A stretch of DNA of 64,000 nucleotides, from assembly GCA_951406725.2 (NCBI GenBank), contig OX597816.1:53196001-53260000 (forward strand), written 5' to 3'. Of this stretch, positions 12,477 through 25,865 are shown piece after piece. Source of the DNA: Octopus vulgaris. Taxonomy: Eukaryota. Position 1 is the stretch's first letter; every line of letters starts with the position of its first letter. Below the pieces are notes generated by a model, which was not told the origin of the DNA, did not search any database, and saw only the letters and a program-made list of their open reading frames with translations. The position numbers and the translations under genes are program-made.

Positions 12477-12519
<43 letters not shown>

Positions 12520-12763
12520 AATATGTTTATATATATATATGTATGTATGTATGTATATTTGTATGTATCTATGTATGTATATCTGTAGTTTTGAAATTAT
12601 GCAAGAGTTTGCGTATGTGTGTGCACATCTGAGTGTGTGTGTGTGTGCGTATGCATGTGGTGGAAGCTGATGCTATGTTTGTTTTTGTTGTCAAATATAT
12701 ACATAAATGTGCATGTGTGTGTGTATGTGTGTGCATATAAATATACACACACATATATATATA

Positions 12764-12816
<53 letters not shown>

Positions 12817-12833
12817 CATACACACACACATAC

Positions 12834-13300
12834 AATTCTGTCTCAGTGCAATCGAGTCGTCCCCCCAACGCCAACTTCTACTGACTGCAAGTCAGAGCAA
12901 ACACATGCACAGAAAACAGTTTGAATCACACATGTTCCTGCTCGCCTCCTCCCACTCCTCTTCTTCATATTCTTCTTCCTCTCCTTCTCTCCTTCATCTC
13001 AACTTCTTCCTCTTTCTCATTCTCAGCGACATCAGCACTGTCTTTCCCAACTTCTTCTTATTTCTCCTCTCCCTCCTCACCACTATCAGCGTTTTTCTCC
13101 TCTTCCTCCTTACCACTATCAGCGCTGTCACCTCCTCCAGCGCCAGTTCCAGTTCCAGCGGCAGCAACAGCAGCAGCTGCAGAAGCACCGGTGAAATCAG
13201 CAGCAGCAACAGTAAAGGCAGCGGCAGCAGCAGCAACAGTGCATCATTCGTTCATTTAGTTTTACCATCAGATGCGTTGCAAACTCGACGTTACATTCTG
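12834..13300 (-). other. Putative non-coding first exon (5' UTR) of the same gene
   Basis: Non-TE sequence with CAG/CTG and GA low-complexity tracts ending in TT|GTATGT donor at 12833; start position uncertain. Confidence 0.3.
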
Positions 13301-13400
13301 GCCAACCGCGGACAATATCACTGGCGTTCGCCCCAGCCCCTCAGTAAAGAATCGTCACTGATGTCAGTCACATTGTAGGAGAGCCAGTGTTGGTGGCAGC
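13240..13400. promoter_or_regulatory. CpG-retaining unique island, candidate promoter/enhancer
   Basis: High-complexity stretch with many CpGs (CTCGACGT, CCGCGG, GGCGTTCG) and a CRE-like TGATGTCA, between simple repeats, upstream of the putative exons. Confidence 0.35.
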
Positions 13401-13417
13401 GGTAGTAGTGGCAGTAG

Positions 13418-13885
13418 CAGAAGAAGAAGAAGAAGAAGAAGAAGAAGAAGAAGAGGGGGAAGAAAAGGAAGAAGAAGAAGAGGAAGAAGAAGAAGAGGGG
13501 GAAGAAAAGGAAGAAGAAGAAGAAGAGAAGAGGAAGAGGAAGAGGGGGAAGAAAAGGAAGAAGAAGAAGAAGAAGAAGAAGAAGAGGAGAAGAAGAAGAA
13601 GAAGAAGGAGAAGAAGGAGAAGAAGAAGAGGAGAAGAAGAAGAAGAAGAAGAAAGAAGAAGAAGAAGGAGAAGAAGAAGGAGAAGAAGAAGAGGGGAAGA
13701 GGAGGAGGGAGAAGAAGAAGAAGAAGAAGAAGAAGAAGAGGAAGAAAAGGAAGAAGAAGAGGGGGAGGAAGAAGAAGAAGTAGAGGGGAGGAAGAAGAAG
13801 AAGAAGAAGAAGAAGAAGAAGAAGAAGAAGAAGAAGAAGAAGAGGAGGAGAAGAAGAGGGGGAGGAGGTAGAAGAAGAAGAAATG
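13418..13885. repeat. (GAA)n/(GAG)n polypurine microsatellite
   Basis: Direct reading. Confidence 0.95.
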
Positions 13886-14261
13886 GCACAAACGAAGGTA
13901 GGAGAAATGAGTAGAGCAATATTTGAGGGAGAGGAGAGGAAAACAACAAACACAACAATAACAACAACTACAACAACAATAATAGTTGCTTCTATCATAG
14001 GCACCAGGATGGGGAGAATTAGCTGATATTATCAATGTCGGTTCTTGACTGATCCTAATCAATCCCAATCAATCCTGATTATATTGGCCCCTGTATTCAA
14101 TTGATACATATTGATCCCAAAACGATGAAAGGCAAAGTTGACCTTGCCAAGATTTGAACTCAGAAAGGAAAAAAAAGCCAGAAGAAATATCACAAGGCAT
14201 ATTTTTTTTGGTTTGTTTTTTTTTTTGATGTTCTAAAGATATTATTGCCAGTCCACAGACT

Positions 14262-14292
<31 letters not shown>

Positions 14293-14664
14293 GGTGGTGG
14301 TGGTGATGATGATTGTGATGATGATGACAATGATGATGATAATGATGATGGTGGTGGTGGTGGTGCTGATGGTGGTGGTGCTGATGATGATTGTGATGCT
14401 GATGACGACAACATCGAGGATGATGACAATGATGATGATAATAAGGATGATGATGATGATGATGATGTGGTGGTGGGGGTGGGGGTGGTAGCAGTGGTGG
14501 TTGTGATGATGACGACGATGGTGATGATGATGAAGTGATGACAACGATAATGATGATAAGGATGATGATGATGATGATGATTATAGTTCTTTTGCTATAT
14601 TTTTTGCAAGGGTCCATTTACACATATAATAATGATAACAATGATAACAATAACAATAATAATA

Positions 14665-14706
<42 letters not shown>

Positions 14707-14744
14707 TAATAATAATAATAATGATGATGATAATGATGATGATG

Positions 14745-14784
<40 letters not shown>

Positions 14785-14789
14785 TGATG

Positions 14790-14826
<37 letters not shown>

Positions 14827-14837
14827 TGATGATAATG

Positions 14838-14873
<36 letters not shown>
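14262..14873. repeat. Compound (GAT/GGT)n then (AAT)n microsatellites
   Basis: Direct reading. Confidence 0.95.
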
Positions 14874-14876
<3 letters not shown>

Positions 14877-15239
14877 CATGTTGTAAAATATGTGGAGATG
14901 AGATGAATTAAACAAAGTTACAGCAGAATAAAAATGATGAATTGAAGTGGAAGCGTAGATGCTACACAATGTATTGAGACCAGTTAATTTTCTTTCTATA
15001 TTATTTGTTTATTTAAATTACATAAAAATAATTAAATAAATGAATAAAAAAAAACAAAGATATAAACAAAGGAAACACAACCATCTGGATGAGAGTGTGA
15101 GAGTGTGAAAATAAGAAAACTAAGCAGTCTACAATTCAAATTCTCTGATAGATGATGATGATGATAATGATGATGAGGATGATGATAATGATGGTGATGC
15201 TGCTGCTGATGTTGTTGTTGTTGTTGTTAACATTATCTT

Positions 15240-15906
15240 AAGGTGTTGTACTGGCAGAATGCATAGCTGCATTTCTTCTAGCTTTGCATTCTGAGTTCAA
15301 ATTCCACCGAGGTCTACTTTGCCTTTTATCCTTTTTTTGGGGGGGGGTCGATAGAATAAGTACCTGTTGAATACCAGGGTCGATGTAATCAACTTATCCT
15401 TTTCCCCTGAAATTTCTGGCATTGTGCCGAAAATTTGAAATCATTATCATTATCATTATGATTATCGAGGCGGCGATTTGGCGGGATTGTTAGCATGCCA
15501 GGCAGCTTGCTTAGTGGCATTTAGTCTGAGTTCAAATTCCACCATGGTCAACTTTGCCTTTCATCCTTCTAGGGTCAATGAAAAATGTACCAGTTACACA
15601 CTAGGGTCAATGTAATCAACTAGCCCCTTTCCCCACAATTTCAGGCCTTGTGCCTATAGCAGAAAGAATTATTATTATTATTGTTATCATTATTGTTATT
15701 ATTATTATTATTATTATTATCATTATTATTATTATTATTATTATAGGTGCAGGGCTGTGTGGTAAGTAGCTTACTTACCAACCACATGGTTCCGGGTTCA
15801 TTCCCACTGTGTGGAACCTTGGGCAAGTGTCTTCTCCTATAGCCTCGGGTCAACCAAAGCCTTGTGAGTGGATTTGGTAGACGGAAACTGAAAGAAGCCT
15901 GTCGTA

Positions 15907-15957
<51 letters not shown>

Positions 15958-16072
15958 GTGTGTATATGTTTGTCCCCCCAACATCGCTATTATTCCGCAG
16001 TCTTATTTTTTTATCACATGCTTTCACTGCACTACCGAGTGCAGCTCTGTGTGCTTTGGGTATCTACTATAG

Positions 16073-16107
<35 letters not shown>

Positions 16108-17250
16108 TATTATTATTGTTGTTATTGAGTTGGTGAGCTGGTAGAATCGTTAGCATGCCAGGTGAAATGCTTAACAGTATTTCGTTCGTTTTTATGTAGT
16201 GAGTTCAAATTCCACAGAGGTTGACTTTGCCTTTCATCCTTCCGGGGTCAATAAAATTAGTACCAGTTATGCACTGAGGTTGATGTAATCAACTTAATCC
16301 CATTCCCCACAATTTCAAGCCTTGTGCCTTTAGTAGAAAGGATTCAGCATTCTGAGTTCAAATCTCACTGAAGTCAACTTCACCTTTCTTCCCCCCAGGG
16401 CAACAAAATAAAATACCAGTCAAATTCTAGGGATCAATTGTATCAACTAACCCTTTATTTCTTTATTGCCCACAAGAGGCTAAACATAGAGAGGACCAAC
16501 AAGGACAGACAAAGGGATTAAGTCGATTACATCGACCCCAGTGTGTAACTGGTAGTTATTTAATCGACACCGAAAGGATAAAAGGCAAAGTCAACCCCGG
16601 CAGAATTTGAACTCAGAACGTAGCAGCAGACGAAATACCGCGGGGTATTTCACCCAGCGTGCTAACGTTTCTGCCAGCTCGCTGCCTTAAAACTCGTATC
16701 AACTAACCCCTACCCTTCAAAATTTCAAAATTACTGGCCATTTCCCTAAATCAGAAATCATTGTTATTATTTTTAATGATGATGATAATGATGCTGCTGA
16801 TGATGATGACTATCAGTGGTGTTGATAATGGTGATATTATAATGACAATAATTGACAACAACAACAGCAACAATCCTTTCTATTATAGGCACAAGATCTG
16901 GAATTTGGAGGAGGAGGATAGTCGATTATATTGACCCCTGAATGGATGGAAGGCAAAGTTAACCTAGGTGGAATTTGAACTCAGTACATAGCGAGAGATG
17001 CTAATGATTCTTCCATCTCACTGCTGTAACAATAATAATAATCCTTTCTACAGGAAGCACAAGGCCTCAAATTTGGGGGAAGGGATTAAATTGATTACAT
17101 GGACCCCTGTGTGTGACTGGTATCAATTTTATCGACCCCGAAAGGACGAAAGGCAAAGTGGACCTCAGGGGAATTTGAACTCAGAACATAATAAAATACT
17201 GCTAAGAATCTCACCTGGCGTGCTAACGATTCCGCCAGCTCGCCACCTTA
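15240..17250. mobile_element. Cluster of ~7 copies of SINE family B plus one family A head (15746-15988) among (AAT)n tracts
   Basis: Repeated GAGCTGGCAGAA...CTGAGTTCAAATTCC...GACTTTGCCTTTCATCC...GGGGTCGATAAA...GTACCAG on both strands. Confidence 0.85.
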
Positions 17251-17399
17251 ACAATAATAATAATAACAATAGCAAAGTTGATAATAATAAAGATGCTAGC
17301 CACAATGACAACAACAACAGCAACAAGGAGAAGAGGGAGGATTATAATGACAACATGGAGGATTATGTTGACAATGACAACAGTAATGATTGACATCAA

Positions 17400-17578
17400 T
17401 AGTGATGATGATGATGATGATGACAACGAAAACAATGACTATGACCAATGATGTTGATGATGATGATGGTGGTAGTGGTGGTGGTGGTGACAATGATGAT
17501 GCTGGTGATGAGGGTGGTGGTGGTTACAATGATGATGATGGTGGTGGTGGTGGTGGTGGTGACAATGATGATGATGAC

Positions 17579-17621
<43 letters not shown>

Positions 17622-18022
17622 GTGATGATGGTGGTTGTGGTGACAATGATGATGGTGGTGATGATGGTGGTAGTGGTTAAAATGATGATGATGATGGTGG
17701 TGGTGACAATGATGATGTTGGTGATGAGGGTGGTGGTGGTTACAATGATGATGGTGGTGGTGGTTACAATGATGATGATGGTGGTGGTGGTGGTAGTGAT
17801 GATGACGATGATGATGATAATGATGATGATGACGATGATGATGATAATGATGATGATGATAATGATGATGATGATGATGACGATGATGATAATGATGATG
17901 ATGATGATGATAATGATGATGGTGATGGTGATGATGGTGGTGGTAGTGACAATGATGATGATGGTGATGATGGTGGTGGTGGTGGTGACAATGATGATGA
18001 TGGTGATGGTGATGACAGTGAT
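17400..18022. repeat. (GAT/GGT)n microsatellite
   Basis: Direct reading. Confidence 0.95.
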
Positions 18023-19136
18023 GAGAATCTTCCTCATCAACATTATTGACTTGTGTTCAATTCTTTGTACGAAATAAAACAGCATGAAGAGAAGCAGAGG
18101 AGTTCGAAAATAAGGTACGGGGGTGGGGTGGGTGAAAAGAAAACAAAGGAAAAAGGAGACAGGGAGAAGAAAAATTTCATTTCAGAAAGGTGAAAGATGA
18201 GAAGAGTGGTGAGGAGGGAGGGGTAGTAAGAATGTGGTGTTCAAATGAGCATAGGTAAGAAGGAATGGGTGGGGGGGGTTGGAGCAATGGGGTATAATGA
18301 TGAGATAACTAGGAAGGAAACAGATTAAAAAGGAAAGCTGGAGGTAAGATGAGAAAGATAAAATGAGAATGGATTTATCGCAAGGTAAAAGGGATTTTGG
18401 GAAAGGTGTGAAAGAAACAGGTATTTGGTAATGGGGGCAGGGAGGAGAAAAGATTTTGAGAGAGTGAGGGGAGAAGTGTAAAGAACGAGTGGCGATGGGG
18501 GGGTTGTAAAATGGGGAGAAGGGGAAGAATTTAAGGTGAGAGGGGAAAAGAAGGGGATTCAGAAAAGGGTAAATGTAGTAGATATTGTGAGAAGAGGGGG
18601 TATTTTGGAAGGAATGAAGAAAGAAACAAGGGGTTCCAGATAGAGTGAGAGAAGAAAGTAGCTTGAAGTCAAGGATGGAAGGATATTTGGAAAAGAGTGA
18701 GAGAGATGGGATTTGATATAGAATTAGCTGGAGATAATATATTAAATACAGGGAAGAAGCAAGAGAGGAAGAGTTGGTAGAAGTGCTGGGTCGTGGTGGG
18801 ATTAAAAGAAAAGAGAATCAGGTGAGAAATGGTAGGGAAGAGAGAAGCTTAGATGAAGTTTGCACCTTCTGGATTTCTGCATTTATTAACACTGATATAC
18901 AAACTTGCATGTAGAACATATTAGGGAAGTTTGAATACAGAAATAAGGGACACCTATGAGACTACTCTTTTATATGTTTCAGTTACTTCACTGTGGCCAT
19001 GCTGGAGCACCACCTTAAACGGTTTTAGTCAAAGAAATTGACCTCAGGACTTATTCTGTCGGTCTCTTTTGCCAAACCACTATGTTACATTGGTTGTCAA
19101 GTCATATATATATATACACACACACACATATATATG

Positions 19137-19171
<35 letters not shown>

Positions 19172-19173
<2 letters not shown>

Positions 19174-19568
19174 TCTTTACTCTTTTACTTGTTTCAGTCA
19201 GCTGACTGCGGCCATGCTGGAGCACTGCTTTTAGTTGAGCAACTCGACCCCAGGACTTATTCTTTGTAAGCCCAGTACTTATTCTATCGGTCTCTTTTGC
19301 CGAACCGTTATGTGACGGGGACATAAACACACCAGCATCGGTTGTCAAGCAATGCTAGGAGGACAAACACAGACACACAAACATACATGCACACATATAC
19401 ATATATACGACGGGCTTCTTTCAGTTTCCGTCTTCCAAATCCACTCACAAGGCTTTGGTCGGCCCGAGGCTATAGTAGAAGACACTTGCCCAAGGTGCCA
19501 TGCAGTGGGACTGAACCCGGAACCATGTGGTTGGTAAGCATGCTACTTACGACACAGCAACTCCTGTG

Positions 19569-19570
<2 letters not shown>
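19172..19570 (-). mobile_element. SINE family A, full length
   Basis: High identity to other copies. Confidence 0.9.
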
Positions 19571-19624
<54 letters not shown>

Positions 19625-19717
19625 CATATATATACATATATACACATTTACATATATACACATATATATATATATTTATATATATATTTTTATATAAATA
19701 TATATATATATAAGCGA

Positions 19718-20036
19718 AGGCACATGGCTCAGTGGTAAGAGCGTCAAGCTTACGATCATGAGGTTGTGAGTTCAATTCCCGGACTGGGCTGTGTGTTGTG
19801 TTCTTTACTTCACGTTGCTCCAATTAACTCAGCTGTAGAAATGAGTTGCAACATCACTAGTGCCAAGCTGTATCAGCCTTTGCCTTTCCCTTGGATAACA
19901 TCAGTGGTGTGGAGAGGGGAGGTTGGCATGCATGGGCGACTGCTGACCTTCCACAAACAACCTTGCCTGGACTTGTACCTCGGAGGGTAACTTTTTAGGT
20001 GCAATCCCAATGGTCATTCATAACCGAAGAGGGTCT
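19718..20036 (+). mobile_element. tRNA-derived SINE family E; further copies at 21870-22095(-), 37348-37680(-), 38580-38885(-), 41420-41720(-)
   Basis: A box TGGCTCAGTGG, B box GAGTTCAATTCC, shared body GTGCCAAGCTGTATCAGCCTTTGCCTTT. Confidence 0.85.
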
Positions 20037-20399
20037 CCACATATTTATATATATTGGGTTGATGCATAATTACTGCAGCTTTTTTTCAAACAAATTTTAT
20101 TGAACAAATACAATAACAATATTTAACAAAAACATCTTTAAATGACGGTCTGACCATCTACCAAGTAAATGGGAAGCAGTAATTGAAGTAGATGGTGAAT
20201 ATACAGACACACACACATATATTTACATACATATATATGTGTTACTGTGTATGTGTGTGAGCATATATTTGTAAATATATGTATATGTATTCAAGTATAT
20301 ATATGTGTATATGTGTGTAGTTATACATGTGTGTTGTATCAGTGGAGTCATTGGTGTTCCAAGTGTTATGTATATATAGTTACACACACACACATACTT

Positions 20400-21845
20400 G
20401 ATCTCTGCTTCACAAACAATATGGATTTCTTCCATAATGTAAAAGTGACATTGGTGCTAGTCTCAGATCACAATATAATAGAGCTGATCTTGTTTGATCC
20501 AGAGGAATCCACACAAATGCAGCCTATGAGCAGCACCCAAAATCTATCCAATATGATTTTCCATAAAACAGGACTGGAAATTGATTTGGAAAGAGATCGT
20601 CAAACAGGATTGGCCTCAATACATCTCCACATTTGACATCGATATGAAACTTTAAGAATTCACATCCGTAATGCAAGCATGCAAGCCATAGGCAATAAAT
20701 TTTTTCTAGAGAGAAAGGCCACACTACATATAAGAAAAATATTCCCAAAGAGAGGAAAGTTCTTATACGATGGTACACAAAGATTGCAAACTGCCTAAGC
20801 AGAATACGCAATGGCAGTATATCTCAAAACAACAATGCTGGAGATAGAGGAAAAGTTGAAATGCTCTCATGAAAATTAGACAGTAGGCAAAGAAGCCTGA
20901 GTTATAAAAAATTTTAAAATAAACCCTAAAACCTTTTTTTAAGTTTGGCAAAGAAACTATATAAGAGTATTGCAGGGAAGGGTCACTCCTCCCAAACGAT
21001 GCCACCATCATGGGAAACACTAAATGATCAATTCAAAAGTATTTTCACAGCACCCTTAAGGCACATGCAATTCAGCAAACCTGTAGAGCTCTTTACCATT
21101 ACAGATATACAAAGGGAGGCAGTAACAATTGATCACATTGATATAAAAGAAGATGTAATAATAGCTATAGATGAGATAAACCTGAACTCAGTTACTAGCC
21201 CTGATGGTTTCCCAGCAATCCATCTAAAATCATGTGAACAAGCCCAAGCAAGCCTACAGTTGTCTCTCTTCCAGAGTTTCCTTGCAGGCAATTTGAAAGA
21301 ATGAATAATATGCCCTACTCCTAAAAGATGTAGTAGAACAGATGCCGAAAACTATATGCCCTTCTCTCTAACCTCACATATCAGTAAAGTCATGGATCAG
21401 ATAGTCCACAGGTAACTAATCATGTTTTCTATGAAAATGACTTGCTGATGGACACCTAGGACAGTTTCTGTCCTGTAAGAAGCTGCCTGACACAACTCCT
21501 ACAACACAATGACTGGGTGTTGAAACAGCTGCTTAAATATGGATGAGATATATCTCGCCGATATGAAGGCCTTAATAAAGTTGATCATAGAATATGTCAC
21601 AAACTGCATGACCTCAGTATAGTTGGAAAGTTAGGAGAGTGGCTAGCTAAAAGGTAGAATCAGGCAGCAGTGGCCAATGGAGCCACCTCCAAGAAAATGC
21701 AAATAATGAGTGGTATCCCACAGGGTATTGTCTTGGGGTCACAACTGTTTGAAGTGGCCCTCTCAAATATGCCCTCATCCACACAGAGATCTAAGATCAT
21801 AAGCTGTGCTGATGACACAAATGTCTCACAGGTAATACAAAACTA
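20400..21845 (+). mobile_element. Degraded CR1-like LINE ORF2 (reverse transcriptase), many stops and frameshifts
   Basis: SPDGFPAIHLK, ENYMPFSLTSHISKVM, RSCLTQLL, SGIPQGIVLG, ISCADDT (YADD box) in the correct order. Confidence 0.85.
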
Positions 21846-22449
21846 ATTTAATAAGTGCCAACACAGTGGCCGAGGCATACCAGTCTCCCTTCTCCATGCC
21901 ACTGATATTGTCCAAGGGAAAGGTAAAGGCTGATATAACTTGGCACCAGTGGCATTGCAACTCATTTCTATAGCTGTGTGAACTGGAGCAACATGAAATA
22001 AAGTTTGTTCCTCAAGAACACAACACACAGCCTGGTCTGGGAATCAAACTCACAGCCTCTCGATTGTAAGCCCTATGCTCTAACCACAGAGCCATATACC
22101 TTACATACATACATACATATATTACCACTTTTTTTTTTTGTAACATTATATATATGTACACACATATATATATATCATCGTTTAACATCCATGGTAGAAT
22201 TGTTAGCATGCTAGACAAATGATTCACAGCATTTCTTCCAGTTTCACATTTTGAGCTCAAATTCCACTGTGGTCAACTTTGGCTTTCATACTTCCAGAGT
22301 AGACAAAAATAAGTACCAGTCAAACACTAGGGACAATGAAATTGACTAATCATCTCCCAACCAAAACTTCAGGCTTTGAGCCTATGGCAAAAAGGATTAT
22401 TAAAAGTCCACATTTTAAAATCATATCTTCAAAAAGTTACTCTCTCTCC

Positions 22450-22810
22450 TCTTTTACTCTTTTACTTGTTTCAGTCATTTGACTGTGGCCATGCTGGAGT
22501 ACCGCCTTTAGTCAAGCAAATCGACCCCAGGACTTATTCTTTGTAAGCCAAACCGCTAAGTTACAAGGACGTAAATACACCAGCATCGGTTGTCAAGCGA
22601 TGTTGGAGGGACAAACACAGACACATAAACATATACACACACACACATATATACGACAGGCTTCTTTCAGTTTCTGTCTACCAAATCCACTCACAAGGCT
22701 TTGGTCAGCCCAAAGCTATAGTAGAAGACACTTGCCCATGTTTCTACACAGTGGGACCGAACCCGGAACCATGTGGTTGGTAAGCAAGCTACTTACCACA
22801 TAGCCACTCA
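22450..22810 (-). mobile_element. SINE family A with internal deletion
   Basis: High identity to other copies. Confidence 0.85.
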
Positions 22811-23069
22811 TATGCCTATAGTTAGTATACATTTTTAAATAATATAAAAGATTGAAAATAATAAAATACATTCATTGTTTCAGATTTGAATTCTTTTTTT
22901 TTTATTTATAAAACATTCAGGTTCTTTGCACTATAAACTTGTTAGTTAATTTTTGTAATGTCTGAATATATTTCATACTTGTAATAAATTTCTTGATTAA
23001 TTCACTGAACATATGTGAAAAATTTTAATGATTTTAAGCATGAGAAAATTAAATATTGCATTATATTCT

Positions 23070-23666
23070 ATCTGTTCACGTCCGTTGCCAGCCTCGGCTG
23101 GCCCCGTGCCGGTGACACGTAAAAGCACCATCCGTCCGTGTCCGTTGCCAGCCTCGGCTGACCCCCGTGCCGGTGACACGTAAAAGCACCGTCCGCTCGT
23201 GGCCGTTTGCCAGCTCTGTCTGGCAACCGTGTCGGTGGCACGTAAAAGCACCATCCGTTCACGTCTGTTGCCAGCCTCGGCTGGCATCCGTGCCGGTGAC
23301 ACGTAAAAGCACCGTCCGTTCGTGGCCGGTTGCCAGCTCTGTCTGGCCCCGTGTCGGTGGCACGTAAAAGCACCATCCGTTCGTGTCCGTTGCCAGCATC
23401 GCCTGGCCCTGTGCCGGTGACACGTAAAAGCACCATCCGTTCGTGGCCATTCGCCAGCTCTGTCTGGCACCTGTGCAAGTGGCACGTAAAAAACACCCAC
23501 TACACTCGCGGAGTGGTTGGCGTTAGGAAGGGCATCCAGCCGTAGAAACACTGCCAGATCTGACTGGGCCTGACGAAGCCTTCCAGCTTCACAGACCCCA
23601 GTTGACCCGTCCAACCCATGCTAGCATGGAAAACGGACGCTAAACGATGATGATGATGATGATGAT
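23070..23666 (+). mobile_element. Family C retroposon carrying ~7 tandem ~60-bp units (23070-23490)
   Basis: Unit core CCGTG(C/T)CGGTG(A/G)CACGTAAAAGCACC..CCG...TTGCCAGC; ends GGACGCTAAAC(GAT)n. Confidence 0.85.
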
Positions 23667-24637
23667 ACTATGGTATTTAAAACAGTATACTTATTTTCAA
23701 ATGTATGATTTTTTTTTAAATGAGAAATTTTAATGATGACAGTATACCAACAGCATTCCAGTATATTTTGTTAGAGATACTGTAGCAAAAGTTTTGATAC
23801 AGATACAGGTAGAACACAGTAGGTAAACATGATGTTAGCAATATATGTAAATTACAGGCCTCTCATTCGCAATATTTGTGGTCCAATCTCATTTCAATAC
23901 CTCATAAGTGTTCTGTAATAAATATACATGTAAAGTGTACCAAAGAAGACACTGCTTGGATTGTTCCACAGACTGGAACAATACTTTAGGAGAGTTTGCA
24001 GCCTTACAATTTCTTGGTGTGATGAGGAAGTTCTATGCCATAATTTTTGTGTCTGTTCACCATCCAATCTTCAATTACTTTAGCAAAACCACTAATGAAA
24101 GCATGACAAATGACATCAAACACAATAAAAGTTTTTAAAAAAAAGACACGTCTACAGTTTACCTCTGCCACATACAATTAAGCACTGATCTTCATTGAAA
24201 ATAAATTGAAAATGACCATGGCTGGAAGAATTCTGAACTTCAAGAACTGTCAGCTCCAGTAAGAACTGTAGCTGCAACTTTCAGTTGAGAAATTCTTTAG
24301 GTAAATAAAACCAGAACCCTTGTGCCAGCTTTAATTGAGCAGATCTGTGAACAGTAATGTATTCCAGCTGTAACTATCCAATCTTTATTTCTTGCTAGTA
24401 TTTGTGTAACCTGGACTACATTATCAACTGTGTCCATCAAGTTTGTAAGATGATAGGGTGTGATCTGAGGGACATTTAGCTGATTTTTCTAGCAAATCAA
24501 GTGACTCCCTCCCCATTGAGGCTACCTAGTTTTCTTGTGAAGTTATTGTTGTAGGCTAACTTGTTGATCAGGGACATCTGATCAGGGTTAATCTTAAGTT
24601 AACCTTGATCAAATAAAGGTCAAAAATATTTGTTCAC

Positions 24638-24801
24638 AGGCATAGGAGTGGTTGGGTGGTAAGTAGCTTGCTTACCAACCACATGGTTCCGGGTTCAGTC
24701 CCACTGTGTGGCACCTTGGTCAGGTGTCTTCTACTATAGCCTCAGGCCGACCAAAGCCTTGTGAGTGGATTTGGTAGACGGAAACTAAAAGAAGCCTACT
24801 G

Positions 24802-24857
<56 letters not shown>

Positions 24858-24969
24858 TGCAAAGGAAACTGATAGAATAAGTACTAGGCTTACAAAGAAT
24901 AAGTCCTGGTGGGTGATATGCTCAACTAAAGGCGGTGCTCCAGCATGGCCACAGTCAAATGACTGAAAC
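24638..24969 (+). mobile_element. SINE family A
   Basis: Head and tail present, internal deletion. Confidence 0.85.
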
Positions 24970-25307
24970 GAATAATCCAAATCTTGCATGAGATTGTCTG
25001 AGAGACAAAATGGTGTTGAACATTTACCATTTTACATTCTGTAGCCCTAGGCTCTTAAAGTAGTGGAATAAAAGCCCCTTATTTATAAAAGAGAAAAGTG
25101 CAGGTAACAGGAAGAGCATCCATCTGGCTACACAAAAAAAAAAAAATGCCTCAAATAAAAAAAAACCCAGCCCAACCTTTGTAAAATTTAGTCATAAAGC
25201 AAATTACTGAACTGAGTTAATATATTAAAGTTTGTCTTCTCGTTAATAAAGAGCAGGGTGAGTGAAAAACTGACTTACCATTTTTTAATTTAAAAGTCAC
25301 CCAAGTA

Positions 25308-25865
25308 CATACTCTTTTACTTGTTTCAGTCATTTGACTGCGGCCATGCTGGAGCACCGCCTTTAATCGAGCAACTTGACCCCAGGACTTATTCTTTTGT
25401 AAGCCCAGTACTTATTCTATCGGTCTCTTTTTGCCGAACCGCTAAGTAACAGGGACATAAACACACCAGCATCGGTTGTCAAGCAATGCTAGGGGGACAA
25501 ACACAGACACGCAAACACACACACGCATATATATATATATACATATATACGACGGGCTTCTTTCAGACTCCATCTACCAAATCCACTCACAAGGCTTTGG
25601 TCAGCCCGAGGCTATAGTAGAAGACACTTGCCCAAGGTCTTCTACTATATGTGTGTGTGTGTGTTTGTGTTTGTCCCCCTCAACATCTCTTGACAACCGA
25701 TGCTGGTGTGTTTATGTTCCTGTAACTTGGTGCTTCGGCAAAAGAGACTGATAGAATAAGTACTAGGCTTACAAAGAATAAGTCCTGGGGTCGATTTGCT
25801 CGACTTAAGGCGGTGCTCCAGCATGGTCGTAGTCAAATGACTGAAACAAGTAAAAGAGTAAAAAG
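25308..25865. mobile_element. SINE family A fold-back (minus copy joined to an inverted partial copy)
   Basis: TATAGTAGAAGAC-ACTTGCCCAAG-GTCTTCTACTATA hairpin at the junction. Confidence 0.8.

Noticed and set aside
12707-14969. Long ORFs rich in Ser, Glu, His, Leu or Ile
   Set aside because: Translations of GAA, GAT and AAT microsatellites, open in several frames, with no splice or domain support
17390-18085. Poly-Met/Asp/Ile ORFs
   Set aside because: (GAT/GGT)n read-through
22997-23614. 205-aa repetitive ORF and CRISPR-like periodicity
   Set aside because: Units are contiguous tandem repeats without unique spacers, inside a retroposon; eukaryotic context
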